The translations under genes were made by a program, and so were the position numbers. Below the pieces are notes generated by a model. That model did no database searches and was not told the origin of the DNA. It was given only the letters and a program-made list of their open reading frames with translations. DNA of 64,000 bases from an uncultured Syntrophaceae bacterium. Lineage in GTDB: Bacteria > Desulfobacterota > Syntrophia > Syntrophales > UBA2185. Shown here piece after piece: positions 1 to 9,025 of this stretch (positions are counted from its first letter, which is position 1; each line of letters opens with the position of its first letter). The DNA is taken from assembly GCA_964541605.1 (NCBI GenBank), contig CAZIQY010000001.1, positions 41,533-105,532 of the forward strand, read 5' to 3'.

Positions 1-936
1 GAGAAATTTCTCAAACCCCTTCTTAAGGGTGATCTCGTTTCCGCAGAGGCGCTGACGGAACCGAGGGGAGGATCGGATTTCTTCGGCGCCGGCACCCGGG
101 CGGAAATCAAGGATGATCATTTTATCGTCAAAGGACAGAAACGGTTTGTCGTGGCGGCGGACGGGGCCGATTTTTTCATCGTATACTGCAACACCAATCC
201 TCAGGGTAAACCCCACGAGCGGATCAGCCTCATTCTGATCGAAAAGGACCGTCCCGGCGTGGAGGTCAAGTACCTTTACAAACTCATGGGCACAAGGGGC
301 GGAGGTACGGGACGCCTGATCTTCCGCGATGTACGGGTGCCTGCATCCAATCTGATCGGCGCGATCAACAGAGGCGCGGAAATATTCAATACCATGATGG
401 TGCCGGAGAGACTGACTTCGGCGGGCGGTTCCCTCGGCATGGCCCGCGCCGCTTTAGAGGTTGCGGTGCGGTACAGCGATCGAAGAAAAGCATTCGGGCA
501 GAAAATCCGCAACTTTCAGGGAGTCAGCTTCAAGGTGGCGGACGCCGTCACCCGGCTCGACGCAGCACGGGCGCTGACCCTTGCCGCCGGCAGAAGCGAC
601 GATGCGGGCCTTCCCTCTGCAAGACGCCTGGTGAGTGAAGCGAAAAAATTCGCGACGGATGCGGCATGGGATATCTGCAATCTTGCCATGCAGATCGTCG
701 GCGGCATCGGTTATACGAATGTCTACCCGCTGGAGCGGATGATCCGGGATACCCGACTGATTCAGATATGGACGGGCACCAATGACATCATGAATCTCCT
801 GATCCAGCATGAGTACTACCGGGAAGTTCTCAAAGACCCGAACCCCGGACGCATGATCGAGGGAGACGCCGAAGAGGCCGGACAGGACGACGAAAAGATC
901 TACGAGGATGAGGAGATGTGGACAAAGGGCTGGTAA
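1..936 (+). CDS. acyl-CoA dehydrogenase, C-terminal ~310 codons (5' end outside window)
   Basis: Frame 1 is open from base 1 ([30 protein letters not shown]...) and continues into the listed 151..936 ORF. ACAD motifs are present ([27 protein letters not shown]). The C-terminal tail is acidic ([21 protein letters not shown]). Confidence 0.9.
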   Translation, partial: EKFLKPLLKGDLVSAEALTEPRGGSDFFGAGTRAEIKDDHFIVKGQKRFVVAADGADFFIVYCNTNPQGKPHERISLILIEKDRPGVEVKYLYKLMGTRGGGTGRLIFRDVRVPASNLIGAINRGAEIFNTMMVPERLTSAGGSLGMARAALEVAVRYSDRRKAFGQKIRNFQGVSFKVADAVTRLDAARALTLAAGRSDDAGLPSARRLVSEAKKFATDAAWDICNLAMQIVGGIGYTNVYPLERMIRDTRLIQIWTGTNDIMNLLIQHEYYREVLKDPNPGRMIEGDAEEAGQDDEKIYEDEEMWTKGW

Positions 937-1943
937 ACCTGTCCGGCCTCGTCCACGATACGTTCGATGAGTTCCGCAACTGTCGGTTCATCGTGAATCA
1001 GGCCCGTCACCTGCCCGACGGGAAGGAGTCCCTTATCGTTATCTCCATCTTCCGTGGCGATGCGAAACGCCTTGAAGCCGTTGGCCATACGGGCCAGTTG
1101 CCAAGCATTTTGCCAGCCGGAGGCCAAGATTCCGAGAAACAGCTTTAAAAAGGGAAGTCGCAACTGCCGGGCGATATCCCGTGCATTCCTGAATGCTTCT
1201 ATCAGATCAAGCTGTTGTCTCAACGCTCTTTCAGCCGCGTCGGTCTTCATGACCCGGCAGTAAATGCCGTCGAAACGGGTCGAGTAGAGAGTGTCGTAAA
1301 CGTCTTTTTCCAGGGACAGTTTCTTGAATGTCGCATGCAGGGGGCTTTCCTTTGTCGTCATGAAGCGGGTGCCCATGGCAATCCCATGGGCGCCCAGGGC
1401 CAGCGCTGCGGCCAGCCCCCTTCCATCGGCAAATCCCCCCGCTGCAATGACGGGAATTTTCAGGACATCTGCAAGAGACGGGATCAGAACCATTGATGTT
1501 ACCGCTTCTCCGTGGGCGGCCGCTTCGTGCCCTGTGGCAATGACGGCATCCGCCCCATAATCTTCCGCCCGCTTTGCATGGCGGGCATTGGTGACCGTGG
1601 CAATGACCTTTCCGCCGTATTGATGGGCTTCCCGGACGAGCCAGTCTCCCTTCCCCAGAGCAAAATTGATGACCGGCACCTTCTCTTCGAGGAGAACTTT
1701 AGCATTCTCGGCAGCTCCGGGCATGAGAAGGGTCGCATTGGCGCCAAAAGGCCTGTCCGTCCGAGCCCTGATCTCCTGAATGGCCTGTCTCGTCTGATCG
1801 ACATCAAGAGGCCCTGTGGCCAGAATGCCCAGGCCTCCTGCGTTGGAAACGGCCGCCACCATCTGAGGGACACTGATCCAGCTCATGCCGGAAAGGACAA
1901 TGGGGTGCCTGATGCCGAAAAGTTCTGTGACACGGGTCTTCAA
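900..1943 (-). CDS. nitronate monooxygenase / FabK-like enoyl reductase family flavoprotein (NMO/NPD family)
   Basis: 347 aa. N-terminus [36 protein letters not shown] and the later [30 protein letters not shown] are typical of the TIM-barrel FMN NMO/FabK family. Its 3' end overlaps the convergent ACAD by 37 nt. Confidence 0.8.
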   Translation of the reverse strand: MKTRVTELFGIRHPIVLSGMSWISVPQMVAAVSNAGGLGILATGPLDVDQTRQAIQEIRARTDRPFGANATLLMPGAAENAKVLLEEKVPVINFALGKGDWLVREAHQYGGKVIATVTNARHAKRAEDYGADAVIATGHEAAAHGEAVTSMVLIPSLADVLKIPVIAAGGFADGRGLAAALALGAHGIAMGTRFMTTKESPLHATFKKLSLEKDVYDTLYSTRFDGIYCRVMKTDAAERALRQQLDLIEAFRNARDIARQLRLPFLKLFLGILASGWQNAWQLARMANGFKAFRIATEDGDNDKGLLPVGQVTGLIHDEPTVAELIERIVDEAGQVYQPFVHISSSS

Positions 1944-1996
1944 GAATGTCTCCTGTAAAAGGAAAAGGCGTTCTCAACGGCAAAACTCTTTACCCA

Positions 1997-3139
1997 TTAT
2001 CGGGACTGCAGGATCCTTCCGATCGTCATGATCTCGGCCTCTTTGGTTCCCTCGTACAGTTCAAGGATTTTCGCATCCCGGTACCACTTCTGTACGTTGT
2101 ATTCATCGATATAGCCGTAGCCGCCGTGCAGCTCCACGGCATAATTGGCACAGAATACCGCCGTCTGACCCCCGAAATATTTGGCCATGGCAGCCAGGGT
2201 ATAATCGGGCCGGCCCTGATCCGCCAGCCAGGCCGATCTGTAAACGAGGCCTCGCAGGGCTTCGACTTTAATTGCCATCTCCGTGAGTTTCATCTGGGTC
2301 AGCTGGTATGCGCCCAGGGGGGCGCCGAAGGCCGTCCTCTCCTTGACATATCTGATACTGGTTTCCAGGCAGGCTTCGGCCAGCCCGAGGGCCTGGGCAG
2401 AGACCATGATTCTCGTGACGTCAAAGAAGTGCATCAATTGACGAAAGCCGTTACCCTCTTTCCCGATGAGGTTGGATTGAGGGACCCGCACGTCCTCGAA
2501 AGCGATCTCCGCCGTGTCGCTGGACCGGATACCCAGTTTTCCGTGAATCTTGTTCCGGGTAATCCCTTTTGCATCAGCGGGAACCACGATGAGACTGAAG
2601 CTGTTGTGTTTCTTTTCTTCCGGGTTGGTGATGCACTGGACAACCATGAAATCGCAGACCGTTCCGTTGGTGATGAACATCTTGCTGCCGTTGATGACAT
2701 AGTCATTCCCGTCTTTCACCGCCCTTGTTTTATAACCGGCAACATCGGTGCCTGCATTGGGTTCCGTGAAGGCGCCGGCGCTCACCTGCTCGCCACGGCA
2801 GACAGGGGGCAGATACTTCTTTTTCTGTTCCTCCGTCCCGTATTGGAATATCGACTCACAACCAAAGGAGGCGGCAACGACGTTCAAACCGATTCCCATA
2901 TCGATTTTGGACAGTTCCTCCGTAATGATGACATTCCCCAGAAAACCCGCGCCGGAGCCGCCATATTCCTCCGGCACCCAGGCGGCGACAAGACCGTTCT
3001 CAGCCGCTTTTATGCGGACCTCCGGTGTGTATTTCTCCTGTTCATCGCATTCATGCGATAATTTGGAAAACTCCACCTGGGCAAATTTGTATGCCATGTC
3101 CTTCAGCATTTTCAGTTCATCCGTCAGGTCAAAATCCAT
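1997..3139 (-). CDS. acyl-CoA dehydrogenase (short/medium-chain, butyryl-CoA dehydrogenase-like)
   Basis: 380 aa, full-length ACAD architecture. Motifs include AFTEPNAGTD, YVINGSKMFITNG, and the C-terminal LHGGYGY..EY.V.K.YRDAKI.E.YEGT. Confidence 0.92.
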   Translation of the reverse strand: MDFDLTDELKMLKDMAYKFAQVEFSKLSHECDEQEKYTPEVRIKAAENGLVAAWVPEEYGGSGAGFLGNVIITEELSKIDMGIGLNVVAASFGCESIFQYGTEEQKKKYLPPVCRGEQVSAGAFTEPNAGTDVAGYKTRAVKDGNDYVINGSKMFITNGTVCDFMVVQCITNPEEKKHNSFSLIVVPADAKGITRNKIHGKLGIRSSDTAEIAFEDVRVPQSNLIGKEGNGFRQLMHFFDVTRIMVSAQALGLAEACLETSIRYVKERTAFGAPLGAYQLTQMKLTEMAIKVEALRGLVYRSAWLADQGRPDYTLAAMAKYFGGQTAVFCANYAVELHGGYGYIDEYNVQKWYRDAKILELYEGTKEAEIMTIGRILQSR

Positions 3140-3150
3140 CTCACACCCCC

Positions 3151-4794
3151 CTAAATGTAGAGCTTCCTCAATTGAATCTTGTTGATTTTTCCCACACTGG
3201 TCTTGGGAATCGCGTCCACAAGCTGATAACGGTCGGGTACACCGTATTTAGGAATCTTACCCTCTTTGGCAAATTTTTCCATAAACTTCCGCAGATCTTC
3301 CTCGCTGACCTTGTCCCGGTATTCAGGCCTCAGCACAACAATCAGCAACGGTCTCTCTCCCCATTTGTTGTCGGGAACGCCGATCGCCGCCGCTTCCGAC
3401 ACGGCTTCGTGCTGGCTGATGAGATTCTCAAGTTCGAGGGAGGATATCCATTCCCCGCCTGTCTTGATGACATCTTTGGTTCTGTCCGTAATCTGAATGT
3501 AGCCTGCCGGGTCTATGCAGGCCACATCCCCTGTATGAAGCCATCCATCCTTCCAGAGGTCTTTGGTTCTTTCCGGATCCTTAAAATAGTCCTCCGTGAG
3601 CCACGGCGCCCTCAGAACAAGCTCACCTGTGGATTCGCCGTTACGCGGCAACTCCTTGCCCGAAGAATCCACGACTTTCGCATATACAAGGGGCACCGGA
3701 AGCCCCGTCATAATCTGTTTGTCGATCTGTTTGTCCTGGTTCCAATCGAGCATATAGGGCTTCAGGTTCGCAAGTGAAATGATCGGGCAGGTCTCCGACA
3801 TCCCGTAGCCGGCATAGATCTGAATCCCCAAATCCGTTGCGGCCTTGGCCAGCCCCTTGGGAAGCCTTGATCCGCCTATGACGACCTTCCATTTGGTTAA
3901 ATCAAGCTTCTTCACCACAGGACTGCTGACCAGCATATGGATAATCGTCGGCACACAGTGTGAAAAAGTCACCTTCTCTGTTAAAATCAGTTTGAGGAGC
4001 ATTTCTGGCTCGTATTTTCCGGGATAGACTTGTTTTACACCCAGCAGGGTCGCGGCATAGGGAATTCCCCAGGCATGGACATGGAACATGGGGGTAATCG
4101 GCATATACACGTCATTTGAACGAAACCGGCCCGGCGATTCATAGGTGCTTATCCCGATGAGCCCGCTGATGGTGTGCAGGACAAGCTGTCTATGCGAGAA
4201 GGAAACGCCCTTGGGAAGCCCCGTCGTCCCCGTTGTGTAAAATGTCGTCGCTCTCGTGTTTTCATCCAGGTCAGGGAAATCATAGGAAGGAGCGGCGCCC
4301 TTCAGCATCTCCTCATATTCCATATCAATGTTTATTTTTGTTTCGGGTTTTTTCCCCTCATCTGTGATCAGGATGATCTTCTTGACAGTTGTCAGTTTAT
4401 TCTGAATGGCTTCCAGAAGCGGCAGAAAATCCTCATGTATCAGAACGACATCATCTTCAGCATGGTTCATGATATAAAGAATCTGCTCCGGAGATAACCG
4501 CCAGTTCTGGGTATGAAGCACCGCCCCTATCATGGGAACGGCAAAAAAACATTCCAGATAGCGATGGCTGTCATAATCAAAAACGCAGACCGTATTCCCC
4601 TTTTTTACCCCGAGCAATTTGAGAGCATTGGCCAATCTGTGGACCCGTTCGTTGAATGCCCGGTACGTCAGACGGACTTTATCCCTGTATACAATCTGCT
4701 GATCAGGAGCAAAAAACAGCGGCGTCTCAAGGATGTGTTTGATAAGAAGTTGATACTGATAAGCTTCTCCCGGCCGATAAACCTTTTTTGCCAT
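3151..4794 (-). CDS. AMP-dependent acyl-CoA synthetase (fatty-acid--CoA ligase family)
   Basis: 547 aa. AMP-binding signature YTTGTTGLPKGV, plus GYGMSE, TGD and the C-terminal K.GKI motifs of the ANL superfamily. Confidence 0.9.
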   Translation of the reverse strand: MAKKVYRPGEAYQYQLLIKHILETPLFFAPDQQIVYRDKVRLTYRAFNERVHRLANALKLLGVKKGNTVCVFDYDSHRYLECFFAVPMIGAVLHTQNWRLSPEQILYIMNHAEDDVVLIHEDFLPLLEAIQNKLTTVKKIILITDEGKKPETKINIDMEYEEMLKGAAPSYDFPDLDENTRATTFYTTGTTGLPKGVSFSHRQLVLHTISGLIGISTYESPGRFRSNDVYMPITPMFHVHAWGIPYAATLLGVKQVYPGKYEPEMLLKLILTEKVTFSHCVPTIIHMLVSSPVVKKLDLTKWKVVIGGSRLPKGLAKAATDLGIQIYAGYGMSETCPIISLANLKPYMLDWNQDKQIDKQIMTGLPVPLVYAKVVDSSGKELPRNGESTGELVLRAPWLTEDYFKDPERTKDLWKDGWLHTGDVACIDPAGYIQITDRTKDVIKTGGEWISSLELENLISQHEAVSEAAAIGVPDNKWGERPLLIVVLRPEYRDKVSEEDLRKFMEKFAKEGKIPKYGVPDRYQLVDAIPKTSVGKINKIQLRKLYI

Positions 4795-4812
4795 ATCGAT
4801 CCTCCTTATGTT

Positions 4813-5682
4813 CTATACGGATATTTGCTTTTTCGTGTAATCATAAACCCCTTTGCCGCTTTTTCTTCCATAACGCCCTGCCCTGACCATTTGTTTCAAA
4901 AGAGGTGCAGGCCGGTATTTGTCTCCCAGTTCCCCGTGAAGCCCCTCCATGACGTGAAGCAGCGTTTCATTCCCCACCAGGTCGGAAAGCGCCAACGGAC
5001 CAATGGGATGATTACAACCCAGAACCATTCCCTTGTCGATGTCCTCTGCATCGGCAATACCTTCACCCAGGACATAAAAGGCCTCATTAAGCATGGTGCA
5101 AAGGATCCTGTTCACAGCGAAAGCGGGCGCTTCCTTCACCACAATGACTTCTTTTCCGATCCTCTTCCCCCAGGCTACGGCTGCCTCAAGGGTGTCATCG
5201 GATGTTTCCAAGCCTCTGATAATTTCCAGAAGACGCATGACAGGAACGGGATTGAAAAAATGGGTGCCGATAAAACGGTCCGGCCGTTTCGTGATGGATG
5301 CCATCTCGGTAATACTGAGACCTGAGGTGTTGGTAAAATAAAGACAGTGAGGCGTTACAATTTTCTCCAGTTCCATATATACTTGTTTTTTAACGTCCAT
5401 CACCTCAATAACCGCCTCAACAACGATATCGGCGCCTTCGGCGGCTTCTTTGAGATCAAGGGTCGGTTTGATCTTTTCCAGAACAGCAGCCGCTTCTTCA
5501 CGGGTTTTTTTCGACTTTTCCACATCCCGGCTGAGGTTTTTCCGGATTGTGTTCATCCCCCCATCAGCGAATCTCTGCTCAATATCTCTCAGGGAAACGT
5601 CAAAGCCTGCCTGGGCGCAAACCTGCGCAATGCCGCTTCCCATCAAACCGGACCCCAGCACACAGACCTTCCGAACCTCCAT
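4813..5682 (-). CDS. hbd: 3-hydroxyacyl/3-hydroxybutyryl-CoA dehydrogenase
   Basis: 289 aa. N-terminal Rossmann motif [14 protein letters not shown], then FFNPV..M.L.E.I and a C-terminal GRK.G.G.Y.Y, as in Hbd/FadB-type dehydrogenases. Confidence 0.9.
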   Translation of the reverse strand: MEVRKVCVLGSGLMGSGIAQVCAQAGFDVSLRDIEQRFADGGMNTIRKNLSRDVEKSKKTREEAAAVLEKIKPTLDLKEAAEGADIVVEAVIEVMDVKKQVYMELEKIVTPHCLYFTNTSGLSITEMASITKRPDRFIGTHFFNPVPVMRLLEIIRGLETSDDTLEAAVAWGKRIGKEVIVVKEAPAFAVNRILCTMLNEAFYVLGEGIADAEDIDKGMVLGCNHPIGPLALSDLVGNETLLHVMEGLHGELGDKYRPAPLLKQMVRAGRYGRKSGKGVYDYTKKQISV

Positions 5683-5945
5683 CAGTTACCCCCTTTCCGA
5701 TCAGTTTTTCTTATCTTTGTTCACATGAATGCATTGAAGGACATCCTCCCTCGCCGAGGAATAATACGAACCCTGACACCTTTTCGGGACGCAGGCGTCA
5801 GGGGAAGAATGGACGTCGAAAAAATAACAGATACATCATATCAAGGTCAAGTATTAATAAACCGCTTTGAACAAAACATTGAAAAAGGTTTGCCTGAGTC
5901 CGAAATATGTGAGACGATCACGTAAGGTTTTTTGAGGGTTCTTCC

Positions 5946-6485
5946 ATGCGTATCATTATTGACGGGTATAACATGATCAGGCAATCCGACACCTTGCGCC
6001 GCTACGAGAGGTTCAGCCTGGAGGCGGGCCGTAATGCATTGATTCAAAGGATTTCCCTTTATAAAAAACACAAAGGACACCGGGTGATCATCGTCTTTGA
6101 CGGATGGGAGAGCGGGCCGGCAACAGAAGAAAGGGACCGGCAGGAAGGAATAGAGATCATCTATTCGCGCAGGGGTGAAAAAGCGGACGAGGTCATCAAA
6201 CGAATGATGGAAAAAAGAGAAGAGGAAATGGTCGTTGTGACTTCGGATCGGAATATTGCCGATTATGTTCACCATCGAGGGGGAACGGTCGTTTCATCCC
6301 AGGAGTTCGATGCCCTTACGGACAGGCTCATCACGGCCATGCCGGAATCATATTGCCGGATCGAACCTGATTCCAAATATCAGGACAACGACGAAGAAGC
6401 CTTGGAGAACAGGAAAAAGAAAGGGCCTTCCAGACGGCTTTCCCGGAAGAAAAAGGCCGCCATGGCGGCGCTTCGGAAATTATGA
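5946..6485 (+). CDS. NYN-domain (YacP/Rae1-like) predicted RNA-binding/ribonuclease protein
   Basis: 179 aa. MRIIIDGYNMIR...V.IVFDG...VVTSD layout of the YacP-like NYN family, with a basic C-terminal tail. Confidence 0.7.
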   Translation: MRIIIDGYNMIRQSDTLRRYERFSLEAGRNALIQRISLYKKHKGHRVIIVFDGWESGPATEERDRQEGIEIIYSRRGEKADEVIKRMMEKREEEMVVVTSDRNIADYVHHRGGTVVSSQEFDALTDRLITAMPESYCRIEPDSKYQDNDEEALENRKKKGPSRRLSRKKKAAMAALRKL

Positions 6486-6489
6486 TGCA

Positions 6490-7920
6490 TTACGAACAGA
6501 CTTTGATGACAAAACGCTCCAGCAAGAACATGGGGTTCCCTGCCGTTGATTTCATCGCCAGGTCCATATTGACGAGATCTTCCAGATATCCAACAAGGTC
6601 ATCCTGAGAAAACCGGCATGAGTTTTTCAGGGCATTATAGATGACATATGGGTTCTGCCTGATCAACTCCCATCCCCCCTCTCTCCTGCCTGCACCGTTC
6701 GTCCATGCCCGGATGAAGGGATAAACTTTTTTATGGAACAGGGCATAATCCATTTTCGGATCAAAGACATCAAGCTTTCCCGATCTGATCAGTATCCCGG
6801 CATGGAGGAGAAGACGGATTTCTCTTACTATCATGGACAGGATCAACAGCTCGTGGACTCCCTGATCGGAGAGATCTTTCAAAGCGACAAGGGCGGGGTT
6901 CAGGTTCTTCTCGGAAAGGGCATTGGTCAGATCAAAGATCGTTCCCTCTCTTGTTTTACCGACAACCGCCTCCACATCTTTTTCCTCAATCTTCGCTTGA
7001 TCACCCGTATAGGTAATCAGTTTTTCGATGGCTTCCACGGAACTGCCGGCAGCAAAACCGGTCTTTTTACCGACCGCCACCCAGGCGCCGGAAGTCAGGG
7101 TTTTTCCCGCTTTGGTGAGGATTTCCCTCGTCGTTTCCATCAAGGCGTGTCTTTTTCTGTTCTCAACATTGGTCTTAGGAAAGTGGAGAACTCTGCCTTT
7201 TTCAGAGATGATCTTGAAAATCTTTTTTCTTTTATCCACGGCGCCGGCAGAGAGAATCAGGTGGTTCCCTTCCGGAAGGCCGCTTTTCATAATATCCAGG
7301 AGCCGTTCATCGCTTTCACCGGCCGGTCTTTCCTTTATACCAAGGTTTATACATATTTCGATCATTCCGGGTAACCAGGCTTCGCGATCACGCCCGACAT
7401 CTCCCCCCGCCACCTTCTGCCAGTCATTTTCACGAATACTTTTCCAGCCGCCGTTTTTCAGATCTTCAAGACTCCACCCCGTCAGCCGCAGGACATGCAT
7501 GAAATCCCTTGCGGCCCTGTCAGGATCACTTTCTTTAAGGTCTCGAATTTTTTTGATCAGTTCCGCTGAGATGTTCCCGGATTGAAAAATACGGGTATTT
7601 CTGAGAACGACGATTTTTTTGCCGGGAATGAGGGGAGGCATTAGAAGGGACTGGCAGAGACCTGCCATATCAACCTGATCCCCGTCCATGTAAAAAAGAT
7701 TCAGGTCCCTGTCACCGGCAGGGAGAATGAGATCAACAATTTTAGCAAGGGTATCGGCAATGAGAAACTCCTCCTCTCCGTACAAGAGATAACAGGAGGA
7801 AGTTTTTCCCTTTTTCAAATCAGAGAACACTTCCTTCAGGGAATTCCCCTTGTCCGTCTCGCCTGCCCCGTAGTCCACCGCCCTGCCTCCTGATGGGGGA
7901 CGAAAAATTCCCTTCGGCAT
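6490..7920 (-). CDS. holA: DNA polymerase III delta subunit, long form
   Basis: 476 aa. YLLYGEEEFLI...LF...L...PL.PGKK.VV and C-terminal delta-subunit helical domains. It carries an N-terminal extension and an internal insertion compared with ~330-aa HolA, so the true start may be an internal Met. Confidence 0.75.
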   Translation of the reverse strand: MPKGIFRPPSGGRAVDYGAGETDKGNSLKEVFSDLKKGKTSSCYLLYGEEEFLIADTLAKIVDLILPAGDRDLNLFYMDGDQVDMAGLCQSLLMPPLIPGKKIVVLRNTRIFQSGNISAELIKKIRDLKESDPDRAARDFMHVLRLTGWSLEDLKNGGWKSIRENDWQKVAGGDVGRDREAWLPGMIEICINLGIKERPAGESDERLLDIMKSGLPEGNHLILSAGAVDKRKKIFKIISEKGRVLHFPKTNVENRKRHALMETTREILTKAGKTLTSGAWVAVGKKTGFAAGSSVEAIEKLITYTGDQAKIEEKDVEAVVGKTREGTIFDLTNALSEKNLNPALVALKDLSDQGVHELLILSMIVREIRLLLHAGILIRSGKLDVFDPKMDYALFHKKVYPFIRAWTNGAGRREGGWELIRQNPYVIYNALKNSCRFSQDDLVGYLEDLVNMDLAMKSTAGNPMFLLERFVIKVCS

Positions 7921-8573
7921 TACACGATGACAAACTTTTTAATATGCCGAACAGCTTCATCGGGATCATCGATGATCTGGATGATATCGAGGTCGCCCGC
8001 TTCGATCTTATCATGCCGGAACATGGTGTCCTTTATCCAGTCGATGAGACCCTTCCAGTATTCACTTCCCACCAGGATCACGGGAAAGGGTTTTATCCTT
8101 TTTGTCTGGATCAGGGTTAAGGCCTCAAAGAGTTCATCCATTGTCCCGAATCCTCCGGGAAGGATCACGTAGGCCACGGCATATTTGACAAACATCACTT
8201 TACGGACAAAGAAATATTTGTATTCTATCACGATATTGGCATACGGATTGGGTTTCTGTTCATAAGGAAGGCGAATGTTCATTCCCACGGACTGGCCGCC
8301 GGCTTCCGCTGCCCCTTTATTGGCCGCTTCCATGATTCCGGGACCGCCGCCCGTAATCACGCTGAAACCGTTTTCAACCAGCCTCCTGGCAAGAAGCTCC
8401 GTTTTATTGTAGTATATGTCACCGGGACGAACCCTCGCGGATCCGAAGATGGTCACGGCCTGTTTCAATTTGGAAAGGGCTTCGATACCTTCCACAAACT
8501 CGGCCATGATGCGAAAGATCCGCCAGGATTCCTCTATAGATAACGCATCAACCAGGTATTGCTTTTCTTCCAT
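7920..8573 (-). CDS. LOG family protein (TIGR00730-type lysine-decarboxylase-like / nucleotide phosphoribohydrolase)
   Basis: 217 aa. GGGPGIMEAANKGA and PGGFGTMDELFE motifs. Its stop overlaps the holA start by 1 nt. Confidence 0.88.
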   Translation of the reverse strand: MEEKQYLVDALSIEESWRIFRIMAEFVEGIEALSKLKQAVTIFGSARVRPGDIYYNKTELLARRLVENGFSVITGGGPGIMEAANKGAAEAGGQSVGMNIRLPYEQKPNPYANIVIEYKYFFVRKVMFVKYAVAYVILPGGFGTMDELFEALTLIQTKRIKPFPVILVGSEYWKGLIDWIKDTMFRHDKIEAGDLDIIQIIDDPDEAVRHIKKFVIV

Positions 8574-8619
8574 TGGCTAAATCCCAGATGATTTACCTAT
8601 ACATCAGATTGTCATTTCA

Positions 8620-8814
8620 TTATGCGTTGCTTCTGCGACGCTGGACCTTGGCATACCTTCTGCGGGCTTCGATGGCCTTTCGCTTCTTCCTTACCGAGGG
8701 TTTTTCATAGGCCCTGCGTAATTTCAGCTCCTTGAACAACCCGCTTTTAGACAGTTTGTTCTTGAGAATTTTCAAGGCTTTCTCTACGTCGTTGTCAAAT
8801 ACTTTTACCTCCAA
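8620..8814 (-). CDS. rpsU: 30S ribosomal protein S21
   Basis: The C-terminal 64 aa (LEVKVFDNDVEKALKILKNKLSKSGLFKELKLRRAYEKPSVRKKRKAIEARRR...) are classic S21. The listed ORF (to 8889) has a non-homologous extension. A TTG at 8814 is preceded by GGAAGGAA, so I place the start there. Confidence 0.85.
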   Translation of the reverse strand: MEVKVFDNDVEKALKILKNKLSKSGLFKELKLRRAYEKPSVRKKRKAIEARRRYAKVQRRRSNA

Positions 8815-9025
8815 AACAATTCCTTCCTTTCTATATTTTTTATTCAATTCATATCGGCGCAAAAAAAGGGCAGTACGGCGAAACGTCACAATCTTTGCCG
8901 TAAGCTACCCTTCCTGTAAACGATATATTAAACCACGCTCCTTACTTAACGCCTGACGCATTCTGCGATGCTCATATTATATGTTATCTTCACCAGGATC
9001 GCAACAAAAAAATACAGGCCTTTTT

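Noticed and set aside
1946-3061. Long plus-strand ORF (371 aa) antisense to the acyl-CoA dehydrogenase gene
   Set aside because: It lies entirely inside a strongly supported minus-strand ACAD gene. Its translation has no recognisable motifs and a skewed composition, so it is a shadow ORF.
5772-5802. Imperfect hairpin CCTGACACC...GGCGTCAGG in the hbd/NYN divergent intergenic region
   Set aside because: It has one mismatch, no U-tract and no second copy, which is too weak to call a regulatory site.
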